Source of the DNA: Phyllosticta citribraziliensis
Lineage: Eukaryota
Direction of reading: 5' to 3'
Length of the DNA stretch: 64,000 nt
Assembly (NCBI RefSeq): GCF_038025025.1
Contig: NW_027117345.1
Span: 124,001-188,000 of the forward strand
Shown: piece after piece, positions 1 through 10,307 of the stretch
Position numbering within the stretch: the first letter of the stretch is position 1
Layout: each line of letters starts with the position of its first letter
Notes under the pieces: model-generated
The model's input: only the letters and a program-made list of their open reading frames with translations
The model's database searches: none
Told to the model about the DNA's origin: nothing
Position numbers and translations under genes: made by a program

Positions 1-154
1 GCCCAGCGCGCCTCCCAACCATCCACTCTCTCTCCACGCTGCGCCCACGACACGTCCTCTCGCCCACCTGCCTGCGCTGCGCGTCACCACATCTCTCCGG
101 TAACGTCTGTCTGCTTTGGGCTCTGCTCCCCCGCGATCGGAACTGAAGGGAAAA

Positions 155-1116
155 ATGAGTAGCAACATTCAAGAGATCGAAGATTCGATTCAGGAGTTTG
201 CCCGCCAGGTAACTTGTCTCACTCGCGAGCATCTACGTCACCTGCCTGACTCTCTCTCCAGCTCGAAGAAGTCAATGCCAAGCTCGAGATCCACCCAAGT
301 GATGCCGGATACCTCGAGTTGAAGACAGAGCTCGAGTCGGGCGTCGACGAGTTGCGCACTCTCCTCGACGAGGAAAAAGCCCGCCTCCCTGCCCCAAAAG
401 ATCCATCGCCGCCCGTCAAGGAAAAATGGTCGCGCGAGAACCACCCCGCCTTCAAAAAGGCCGCCCCGTCGCCCGCTGATGACGAGTCTTCTGCCCCGCA
501 GACGTACAAGGTCAACGACACTGTGTTGGCCAAGTGGAAGTCTGGCGACAGGGGCTTCTACCCGGCCAAAATCCTGAGCATCACGGGCTCGTCCACGTCC
601 CCAACATATCACATAAAGTTCACCCAGTACCCGGACACGGAGAGCCTGGCATCGCATGAAATCAAGCCCTTTGCCAATGACAGGAAGCGCAAAGCTGATG
701 GCTCACCAGTCATGCCGACGGCGGCTTCAACTCCCCCAAACACCTCGGGTGTCATTTCGGCTGCAGCCAACATCGACCCCGTCCTAGCCAGCCAGGCCCG
801 AAAGGAGCCCAGCAAGGTCAGCGACGGGCCTGCCCGGCCGGCCAAGATTCCGAAAAAGGTCAAGGCTACCAAGGAACTCGAGCAGAACAAGAGCAAATGG
901 CAGCAATTCACTCAACAGGGCAAGGGCAAGAAGAAGGAGAGCATGTTTCGTCTGGGAACGAGCGTCAACGCCAGAGGTGAATCTTCCAGTGGCGCTCTTT
1001 ATTGATGTCTGGCTAGGCTAACTCTTGCAGTCGGCTTCACTGGCTCTGGCCAAGAAATGCGCAAGGATCCGACGCGCACCCGTCACATTTACCAGCAGGT
1101 AGATGAAGACAACTGA
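155..1116 (+). CDS. SPF30: Tudor-domain splicing factor SPF30/SMNDC1 homolog (3 exons: 155-208, 261-976, 1031-1116)
   Basis: N-terminal coiled segment (LEEVNAKLE...LELKTELE), Tudor domain (VLAKWKSGDRGFYPAKI...YHIKF) and the conserved C-terminus KSKWQQF...SMFR...RVGFTGSGQEM, restored by two GT-AG introns. Confidence 0.88.
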
Positions 1117-3017
1117 ATGCGAAATTCTGGGCAAAGCGGCGCACGGCGTTTCGGGGGACAAGGGGGGCTTGGTCTTGGAGTATTGATCGTGACGAGTATC
1201 CCAAAGCTGAGTTGGGGCAGAGCACTGATACTGATCATCGATTGCAAGACTTAGGGAGAATCCGGCTTGCCTCTACAAGCCTCGATGACCATGTCAGACA
1301 AAGCTTTTGACGGCTCAACCGACGAGAGAGAAAATTGCAACTGTGCTAAGTTTCTTTACCTTTTTGCTTGCTTGCTTGCTTGGTCGCTTGGCTTGTGTTG
1401 ATGACGTCGTCTCCTCCGTTGATGTCCGGGTCTAATGCGCTATGTATTGCTGACAGGTCCTCCGGCTCGACGTATCGTTATGGGCTTCTTGGCCTGTCAT
1501 CCTTGCTGCGTACTGCTAATGTTGCTCTTGCCGCTGCCGAAATGTGACTTACTAACATGGTGCCGCGCAAGCTCAAGCGTGAAGGCAAGATAAGTGTCGA
1601 AAGAAACCAGACCTGACAGTGCGAGCGCTTGGGAAGCGTTCATTCGCTACTACAGTCGCGCTCAGGGAGCGTTCATCCATCGCTACAGCCACGCTCCGGG
1701 AGCAGTCGTTCATCGTGCCGCCATGCCCAGAGTCTTTGTCTTTTGACACCGACCATGACGGGGAACTACATGTACTATGTCATTGGCGGTCTGCGCCGAC
1801 GCGAGCCAACTGATCTGCAGCAGGGTTCCTTCCTTCCTCCTCAACCATCTACAGTTCTGACGTCGCTTAACGTGCTGCCTGCCCGCCAGGTACTTCTGCT
1901 GACTGGCCGCTGACCAACCAAGCTCTCACCCACGCTCGCATGCTCGTAAGCCTTACCAAACCTGCCACAGCAGTAGTTGCTCGGCAATGCCGCATATTGG
2001 ACAGCTGAGTGCCAATCTTTCGCCAGAATGTCGTCACTTGTCGGCGCCCAGTCTCTTCTCTTGTGTGCCGGCCGGACCTGTTCCGCATTTCATTTTCGGA
2101 CACCGTTGTCTTTTTTCAAGCAAGGTTGTATTGTTGTTGTTTCTATCTTTGCCCTAGGGCCCTACTTGTGCTATCTGCTTACTCATACTGCCAAGCCCAC
2201 CAGCCGGTGCCTACCTCACTCACCTGAGGCGTCCCCAACTATTGGCGGACCGTGACAGTGGTAGCTGATGTAATGGAGTCGTCCTTAATTAGGAATTTAC
2301 TGTCCTCCTCCTCCCATTACTGTCACTGAAAAGGAAATGAGAAAAGGAGAGGAAATGAGAAAAAGAAAGGAAATGGGTCCGCGATGGGACGTGCTCAATC
2401 ACCGGCCTCCCTATCTTCATCCGTGTCGGTCTCGTCGGTGCCTTCGCTGGTAGTGGCGTTATCGTCGGGCAGGGCCAACAATTCAACCAGCAGGTTCTTC
2501 CACACGTTGGCGCCGCAACCGCTTTCGTCCTCACCCAATGCGGGCGTGTATCGCATGGCCGTGCCAGAGAGAGAGAGAGAGAGAGCAGTCTTCTGAAGTC
2601 TTGATTGTCTGGGATGGGCTGCGCTGCCACGCACCGCGTTGAATGCTCCTAGACCCTCTTCCCTAGCTGCCTGCATACGGACCTGGGTTGTCTATGTATC
2701 TACGTGCATGGCATGGCTGGGTACTCTAAGAGGTAGGTATGGATGGCGATATTGCTAGACTGATTTGACTATTAGGCTGACGGGCGTAGATTAAAGCCGT
2801 CTGTTCCACCTCTCCAGCAAAATACCACGAGGAAAGAGTATGCGTCGACTCAACACTTAGCCATACGTACAGTACAGTACCAACAGAACAGCAACAACCC
2901 ACACCAAAGAAGACAATCAAGACCAAACACCATACCCTTCCCATCACCGCCTCCCTCCGTTCCTCCGCTCCTCACCCCCCTCCCCCCATTCGATCAACCA
3001 CACACCACCTACCTCAC

Positions 3018-4824
3018 TCACCTCCCACACCACACGCCCCAAGCCCACCGCCCACCAACCCACGCCGCCGCCACCACGCCCACCAAGACTGGACCCGCCG
3101 TCAAACCCAGCCCAATCAAGATGCCCTGCTCAAAGAAGCCGACGCCCTTCTTATACTTCCTATTCGGCGGCAGGGGCGCCGTCGCGCGCGTGGCCAACGG
3201 CGCGAGGAGGGCGGTGGGCTGTTGCGCGGCTGAAGGGGTGGGGGTGGAGAGGAGGGAGGTGATGGTGTGGGAGAGGGCGGAGGGCGCGGCGAAGTCGGGG
3301 TGCGGGGTTGTGAAGAGGGTTGCGTCGTAGAGCGGTGCTGGGGATGAGGATGAGGCGGATGAGGATGTGATTGTGGAGGAGGGGGAGAGAGTGGAGGCAG
3401 GGGAGGCGGTGGGCACGGCCGGCCCCAGCAGCTTCTCGCTCGGCACGTGGTTGCTGTGGGTGGCGCGCGCGCGGACGAACTGCGCTAGGTACTTTGCGCT
3501 GGCGGGCGCGGCGAAGATGTATGCGGCGAGCGGTGGCTGCGGTTCTTCTTGTTGTGCTTGTCGGGTGGAGGTGGTGGTGGGTGTGCTGAGTGGCCGGTTG
3601 GACTGGTCGATGGCGTCGTCGAGCGAGGAGATGGCGTGGACGGCAAGGAGGCGCGTGGAGATCTTGCGGGGCTGGGACAGGAGAGGCGATGTGCTGTCAT
3701 TGCCATTGTTAGCTGGAGGCTGTGTGGGCGTGTGGCCAGGGGGAACAGGGGGAGCCAGGGGTCAAGAGCTTGGGATTTGGAGGTCTGAAGACGAAAGAGG
3801 GGAACGACTCACCGGCTCTCGATCTCGACTACAGCGCCGTTCGCGCCAGACGTGACGACGCGCACGCCGTCGGCCGCCTTGAGTCCCGCCAACTCTGCGT
3901 CTTCCTTTTCCCGACGCGGCTTCACGTCGCCATTGGCCACTCCGTTTGACTTGCTGCCCTCGGCCAGAAAACGGATTGTCTCTTGCACTGCCGCCTCAAG
4001 AAATGGCGTCTTGACAAACTCGTTGACGAGCACCAGGTCAGGCGCGTACGGGCTGCGGCCGCCAAAGGCAAAGCGTGCGGCAACCAAGTCGCGCGCCGCG
4101 GCGGCGACATCGGCCGTGCGGTCGACGATTGCGAGCACGCGGGCACTCGTTGGCGAGACGACGTCATGTGGGTGGATAGGCACGCCGTCACGGGCGCCGT
4201 TCTGCAGGACTTGAACTGTGGTCGAGGGGTCCAGAGATGAGGGGTATGAAGGCACAATGGCGTAGACGTCTGGGTCGAGCGCTGCTTTGAGGACTGTTTG
4301 AAGCACAGCAGGGACGCGGCGGAGCGTCGTTGTTTCGAGCTGCGGTCATTTCAGTGCCGTTTTCTCTCCTCTGACATGGTGTTGCAAAGTGAAGTGCTGC
4401 TTACCTCCAGGACGACGCAGTTGCCCGCCGCAATGGCGGCCGCCAACGCAACGAGGGCCGAGTAGAAGAGGGTGTGGGCCGTTGGATCCACATAGACAAT
4501 GCCCACGGCATCGCGTCTGTCGGCTGCGTCCTTGCCGTGCTTGATGCGGTACTCGTCGTCGAGGCTCCTCTGCGGGTCGAGGCTCGCATAGTGCTGTTTC
4601 ACGGCCGACAGTGTCAAATAGTACTCGAGCCTGGCCTCGGTGGGCGTGTTGCGCGGGGCGTCATGCTCGATGGCGGCCAGGGCTTCCTTCTCGTGCTGGA
4701 TCAGGACGCTGTGCAGCGCGCGCAGCTGGTCTTGTCGCCAGTAGATGTTGGCGAGACGGCCGTCTGTGGCTGTGGATTTGACGCGGGCAAGGTCGCGTGC
4801 CGTGGATTCTTTGAGGTAGGCCAT
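3018..4824 (-). CDS. Aldehyde dehydrogenase-fold (ALDH3-like) protein with a C-terminal TM helix; catalytic residues appear absent (exons 4824-4405, 4339-3813, 3693-3018)
   Basis: ALDH-like segments AAAIAAGNCVVL, AIVDRTADVAAAARDLVAARFAFGGRSPYAPDLVLV, SSLDDAID and LAAYIFA; hydrophobic tail GILIGLGLTAGPVLVGVVAAAWV. Introns GTAAGC..CAG and GTGAGT..GACAG keep the frame. Confidence 0.82.
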
Positions 4825-5146
4825 GGTGATGGTCAGGTTCAAGCAAGAGCTGACGAGACGATTGGGTATATCTCGCTCTTTATTTTTGTTTCGTCGTGGC
4901 TTGCTGACTGCAACTGAGAGGCGGACGCGGGCAGGTTTCGGGTCGGGCGTGATCAATTGAAAAAGACATAAGAAGAAAGGCAGCAAGGCCAAGGCGGAGG
5001 CCGAGACGAGACGATGTCCAGACGGCCATCAGCTCAGGTTACCTAGTGGCACATAGCTTAGAGGTGGCTGCACAGGGGGAGGTGAGCTAGAAGGAGGGCG
5101 AGCTGTGGTTGGCTGGCCGAGACGGGTCTGGGGACACTGGGGACAC

Positions 5147-5166
5147 CGGGGCTCCCCACATCCCGA
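5147..5166 (+). promoter_or_regulatory. CGG-N13-CCG motif (CGG GGCT CCCCACATC CCGA) within a cluster of CreA-like SYGGRG sites, in the divergent promoter of the ALDH-like gene and the small gene
   Basis: The 13-mer CCCCACATCCCGA at 5154-5166 recurs as its reverse complement at 9990-10002. Several CTGGGG/CCGGGG/GCGGGG hexamers lie at 5128-5175. Confidence 0.5.
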
Positions 5167-5423
5167 ATGCGGGGCAATCACCCGCCACCCGCACGCCTGG
5201 TCCTGGTCCTGGTAATGCTAACCTCACGGTCTCACCTCACCAAACCCTTGGCCTTGGCCCTGAGCTGACATGCCGGCCTGAGGGACGGTAGGCTGCATGT
5301 CCAATCGGCCGAGTTGTCAGATCTCCTTGAATATTCCATTCCAGTCTCCAACGCAGACTACACGATTCTTCTTCTCCAAACCCCAACTCAACCTCACCAC
5401 AGTCGATCCAGCAAACCGCGACC

Positions 5424-5842
5424 ATGTCCGTCACCACTACCCAAAACTCGGCCGTCTACAATGCACACAATGTCCTCGCCGACTACGAGATCCACCACAG
5501 CGTGCGCGGCCAAAACACCCACGTCGCCCCGCCTCCTGAACCTCATCCGGCAGTCCCAGGCGTGCGCAACCCAGAGGACTGGCCTACGGACCGCCGTCGC
5601 ATTCCCGACTATCGTCCCATCAACCACGAGCTGGACATGACGCCGCGCCGGACCTATCTCAATCCAGCAGAGGGCGTCTTTGTCTACATGCTCTTCTTGG
5701 GCGTCAGGGTCGAAGCTGTGAGTGGTGTTGAGTGATGATGGAGTAATTGCTTGCTGATCGGGGGCAGAACACTTCGAGGATTTGGCACGCGACAATGGGA
5801 AAGATTTGGGATGTTGGCTACAAGATTGGAGGAGAGTGGTGA
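5424..5842 (+). CDS. Small hypothetical protein (~120 aa) with one hydrophobic segment (exons 5424-5717, 5768-5842)
   Basis: Coding-like codon usage and good start context (ACCATGT). A GTGAGT...CTGAT...CAG intron joins to an in-frame exon NTSRIWHATMGKIWDVGYKIGGEW*. Confidence 0.7.
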
Positions 5843-6402
5843 TGTGGACAACCGTCACTGGTTGGTCTTTTCGCATGTTGAATCATCAGTGCCCATGCAG
5901 TGTCAATAGAGAAACGTGAAGCTACTCATTCACCTGACAATCAAAACAAGAAATTGAAGCTTATTTCTCGTGTAGAAAACCTCGGGACGGTGTCAGGGTC
6001 TCGGCATATTTCTCTATTCCCTGTCGAACAAGCAACGACACCATAAACTGCCGACATGACGACCAACGCGGGCGTCCACATGGAGCAAAGTCAGAGCGAA
6101 ACTCTCAATTCCGAAGGCCCGTACCAAGACTCTCGGCGGTTCCGCTCAGGCTTGGTTCCTCGGTCGCGTCAGCCGCTCCCACAGTTCCCCCTCGCGCATC
6201 TCGGCCCCACACTGGACCACGCCAACGCCACCATCCGCCAGCCTGTAGCTCCCGTCGTCAGCTAGCGTCGCACCCACCGCACCTCTTTGACGGCCTCAGC
6301 TCGTCGGGCGCGTCAAATAACTCTGACAATGCCTCATCCACCGCCACTCATTCAGTGGGTCTTTTGGGATACCTCACCAAACCACCAACCATCACTTCCA
6401 CA

Positions 6403-7347
6403 ATGCCGGCCAACAACCTCACGCCCGTCCACTTCTTCTCGCATGGCTCGACCATGATGCTGGGCGAGGAGTCGACGTCGGCCGACTACTGGAAAAAGTG
6501 CGGCGACGAGGCCCTCGCCCACGGCATCAAAGGCGTCGTCATGATGGTGAGTCTCCCTTTAATCACTTGCCCACAACACCCCCTAACAACTCTCCAGGGC
6601 GCTCACTGGGACGCCGACGCCGACCGCGTCGAAGTCGCCATGAACCCCACGCCAAACAAATCGCCCGTCGCCTACGTGCACCCCAGCAAATACGTCGACT
6701 ACGTCCTGCAACCGGACCTCGCCACAGGCGAACGCTGCATCCAACTCCTGCGCGCCGCGGGCTTCGCCGCCGAGGGCAACACCACCTTCGACTGGATCCA
6801 CGACACGTACCTGGTGCTAATCCGCATGTTCCCCGGCGGCTGCCCGCCGACGACGCTCATCAGCATGAACGCGCGCTTCGACCCGCACTACCACGTCAAG
6901 ATCGGCGCAGCGCTGCGGCAGCTGCGCGCCGAAGGCTACCTGCTCATCGGCAGCGGCGGCGCCGTGCACAACCTGTACCGCAACGTGTACTGGCCGATGG
7001 TGCGGCACGCGGACAACTTCGCGCAGCCGACGCCGCCCGAGCCCGCGTCGCTCGACTTCCGCCAGGCCGTCGAGGACGTGTTTCGCAATAACTCGGGGCC
7101 CGAGTTGCGCCGCGCCGTCACCCGCCTCATGAAGCATCCGCAGTATCGCGAGGCGCAGGGGACCGATGATCATTTTATGGCCATCATGTTTGTTGCGGGT
7201 GCTGCCGGCGATGAGGAGGATCGCGGCGATTTTGGCAGGTTGGAGGCGGAGACGTGGGAGTTGACGAATATGTGTAATTCGCAGTTTACTATTGGCGTGT
7301 GGCCGGATCAGCGGGGGCAGACCGCCGCGGTCGAGTCGGCGGCTTAG
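6403..7347 (+). CDS. LigB/DODA-type (class III) extradiol aromatic ring-opening dioxygenase (intron 6547-6597)
   Basis: Motifs FFSHGS, MGAHW (restored after splicing), DWIHD, LLIGSGGAVHNL and DDHF match the LigB family metal-binding segments. Confidence 0.92.
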   Translation: MPANNLTPVHFFSHGSTMMLGEESTSADYWKKCGDEALAHGIKGVVMMVSLPLITCPQHPLTTLQGAHWDADADRVEVAMNPTPNKSPVAYVHPSKYVDYVLQPDLATGERCIQLLRAAGFAAEGNTTFDWIHDTYLVLIRMFPGGCPPTTLISMNARFDPHYHVKIGAALRQLRAEGYLLIGSGGAVHNLYRNVYWPMVRHADNFAQPTPPEPASLDFRQAVEDVFRNNSGPELRRAVTRLMKHPQYREAQGTDDHFMAIMFVAGAAGDEEDRGDFGRLEAETWELTNMCNSQFTIGVWPDQRGQTAAVESAA

Positions 7348-7912
7348 GCGTGTTGTGGGAAGGGGGGGCGGAGGGGCTGTGGAGGGGGAAGAGGGTACAG
7401 GCCTGTTGTCTGGCGTCTGTCTTTCTCTCTTGGTCTGTTGTATCCTCACGGTAGCTACGTCATGAGCTCTGGTCCCTTCATGTGTCTCTACAAGTTCAGA
7501 CAAGAAGTAGTCAAATGGTGCAATATCCTCGCCACCGTTCTGCTCCCTCCGCCGTTGCAATGCATTCCATCGACAGCGAGAACAAGGATTGCACTGTACG
7601 CGCTGTATTATCCCAATATTTTAACTGGCAGAAGTATCAACAGAGAGACGGACAGACGGCAACACAAGGCGAATAAGGGTAAAGCTGATGATGTCCACTT
7701 CTAGATTGCCAATACTTCCTAAGTATTTACGGCGCCCCCTCAAACTTGACGCGTTCCCTTTCCTTACTTTCCAACTTCTACATCCAAGTGAAACGGTCGG
7801 GGAAGAGGGCCAGGGCTAAGTCTGTCCCTGAATTCAATGACAGCGCCACCTTTTCTCTACTCGCACACCATTCATTCCCCATCTAGCCGGCCAGAGACAC
7901 TCAGTCCCGCGT

Positions 7913-9825
7913 CTATTTGGGCGGGATGACGGGCAGCGTGACAAAATTGGTGTACTTGGGGCCGAAGGAGATGTGATTCGTGCCGCGGAGCTTCTCCTCA
8001 GACCTACAACGAATTAGCCAGCCAGTCCACAACCACGACCGCACAACGAAGCGTCAAGAAGGGGTGTGATCAACAACATACCTATCCTCCGGATGATCAT
8101 GCAAGAATAGGCCACTACCCTGCGTATCGCCGCTCGCCACCTCCAGCACGAGCTTGGCCCCCTTCTCCAGCACGACCTGCGTCGGCCACACCTCGACGTC
8201 GACGCCGTACACCTCGCCGGGGATGACGGCGCGCGCGTCCGCCCGCGTGTACTCGCGCCACGGCAGGTGCGCGCGGTGCTTGGGGTGCGCGGGGTTGGTC
8301 TGGCGCAGGCTGACGCGCAGCCAGCCCTTGGTCAGGGGGACGGGGTCGCCGGCCGTGCCCGTGTAGTAGACTTCCTTCCCGGCCGGCGAGATGTGGCGCA
8401 GCGTGAGGAAGAGGTCGATGTCGGTGGGCGTGGGCCCCGTGGCGTCGGCCGTCACCGAGACGTTGAGGTGCGCGACGACGTTGCCGGTGATTTCGGTTTC
8501 GGCGGCGAAGGGCGCCGTCGTGAAGGAGATGGCGGACGGCTTCTCGAGCGTGCCCAGCGCCGCGTAGCTCAGCTTCTTGTGCGGCTGTGGGTTGGACGGC
8601 GCCTCTTTCGTTAGCCCCTGCTCCGGCGTCAGGTAGAAGTTTTTCCATTGCGTGCGCGCAATGGGCCACTCATTTTCGGTGCGCCGCGCGTAGGCTCGTT
8701 CGGCGGCTGCGTCGTTGAATCCCACGTCGCCTTTGCGCAGCACAATGTCGACGGGCGGCACGGCGCCCTTTTTCGACCACCCCTCGCGGTCCTCGCCTTT
8801 GAGGAACGCGTCGAGAAAGCTGCGCTGCACCTCGACCTCTTCCTTGTAGTAGAAGGGTAGGTCGTGGCGGCCCGTTATCATGCGGAGGTATTTGAACTCA
8901 GAGCCTGCGTTTACAAAACCCTCGACGTTGCCGCGCAGATGTAGGAGAATGCCGCCCCAGTTGCCCACCGAGAGCAGCGGCACCTGGATGTCGGCCATGT
9001 CGTACTCCTTGGACGCATAGTAAAGGTCGTCGCGGAAATGGTTGTTGAGATTGTCAATGTTTTGGTCCTGACGATTCTTGACAAGCTCCTCCTCCGGCAG
9101 GTTTCCTTCGAGCGTGTCCGGTCCCCAGTTGCGTGCCGCGCGGCCGGGACGTCCATACTGGTTTGACACTACCTGGCGGTCCCACCAGAAGCGGATAAAG
9201 GCATTAGAGAGAATGCCGCCGTGCCGGCAGCGGTCGCGGTAATAGTCCGACATGCCCTCCCAGGGCACAATGGCCGAGAGTCCCTTGGGCTTGCGCGCCG
9301 CCACGCGCCATTGCGATCCAGCAAAGTACGAGATGCCCAGCAAGCCCACCTTACCCGATGACCACGGCTGCTCGGCGGCCCACTCGACCACGTCGAAAAA
9401 GGCCTCGCTGGTGCCTCGGGACATGGTGTCTAGCAGGCCCGGCGACTGTCCGGTACCGCGCTCGTCTGCGCGCACGACGGCGTAGCCATGCGAGGTCCAG
9501 AACTGAGGATCTGGCGTCTCCCATGCCGAGTGCTCGGAGCGGTGATCAGGGTTGACTTCGGAGAAGGATTTGGGGTGGAAACTGCACGGCCATTGAGTTT
9601 TGTTCGCCATAACATTGGAGGCGTCTCTTACTCCTTGTAGGGAATGTCTTTGCCATAAGGTCCGTATGTGACGAGGACAGGCACCCTTTCCGAGATTTTT
9701 GGACGGTAGACATTGCAGCGGACGAGGCCCTCGCTGGATCTCAGCTGAATTGTGGCATTCTGCTCGTAAACGTACGGAAACGACGTCTCGTCTTTGTGGT
9801 AAATGTCCTTGATTTGGTTCGGCAT
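7913..9825 (-). CDS. CocE/NonD family hydrolase (peptidase S15-like alpha/beta fold with a C-terminal PepX_C domain) (exons 9825-9632, 9581-8082, 8003-7913)
   Basis: PVLVTYGPYGKD, GYAVVRADERGTGQSPG, QPWSSGKVGLLGISYFA (nucleophile Ser in G-x-S-Y), and the C-terminal TKGWLRVSLR...VEVWPT. Confidence 0.92.
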
Positions 9826-9989
9826 GGCGGCGTCGAAGAGGGTATCAATTGGCCAAGGTAGATTGAAAAGGTCAAGCTCATATACAAAGCAAGGGATCTC
9901 GAGCTACCCCTCAGCTTACACACGCGGGGACTAGGTACGTCGCCATCGGACTTGGGTGAGCGTGCGGGCGCCGTGTCAGGACCATGCCG

Positions 9990-10009
9990 TCGGGATGTGG
10001 GGGATTCCG
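9990..10009 (-). promoter_or_regulatory. Second copy of the CGG-N13-CCG motif, upstream of the CocE/NonD gene
   Basis: The minus strand reads CGG AATC CCCCACATC CCGA, about 165-185 bp upstream of the ATG at 9825. Confidence 0.5.
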
Positions 10010-10307
10010 TGGAAGCAGTTGGCTGGCCAGAAGCGGTCCGCAACCGAAGACGTGATGCGGAACTGAGGGCGGCTAGGACTGCGCGGTAGCAAAGCGATGT
10101 GCCTTTCTTGGTCAGCGCTAGCTGTAGACGGTGTTTTCAGGTCGAAGGGGTCGAATTGTCGTCTGGGAGGAGGCTGTCCGGCGATATGGCGGTGTTTAGA
10201 TAAGGGCTGTCGCGTCAATACGCGTTGCGACGCGTCGGGGATGCCAGGAGGGCGCCACTCAACCACCAACGATTCCCAGCTCACCAGGCCATCGTCTCTG
10301 GATAAAA

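Noticed and set aside
1558..2676. Small ORFs and short repeats (three ~32-bp units at 1625-1715; three 18-bp units at 2330-2375)
   Set aside because: No recognisable domain or consistent splice model; treated as intergenic low-complexity sequence.
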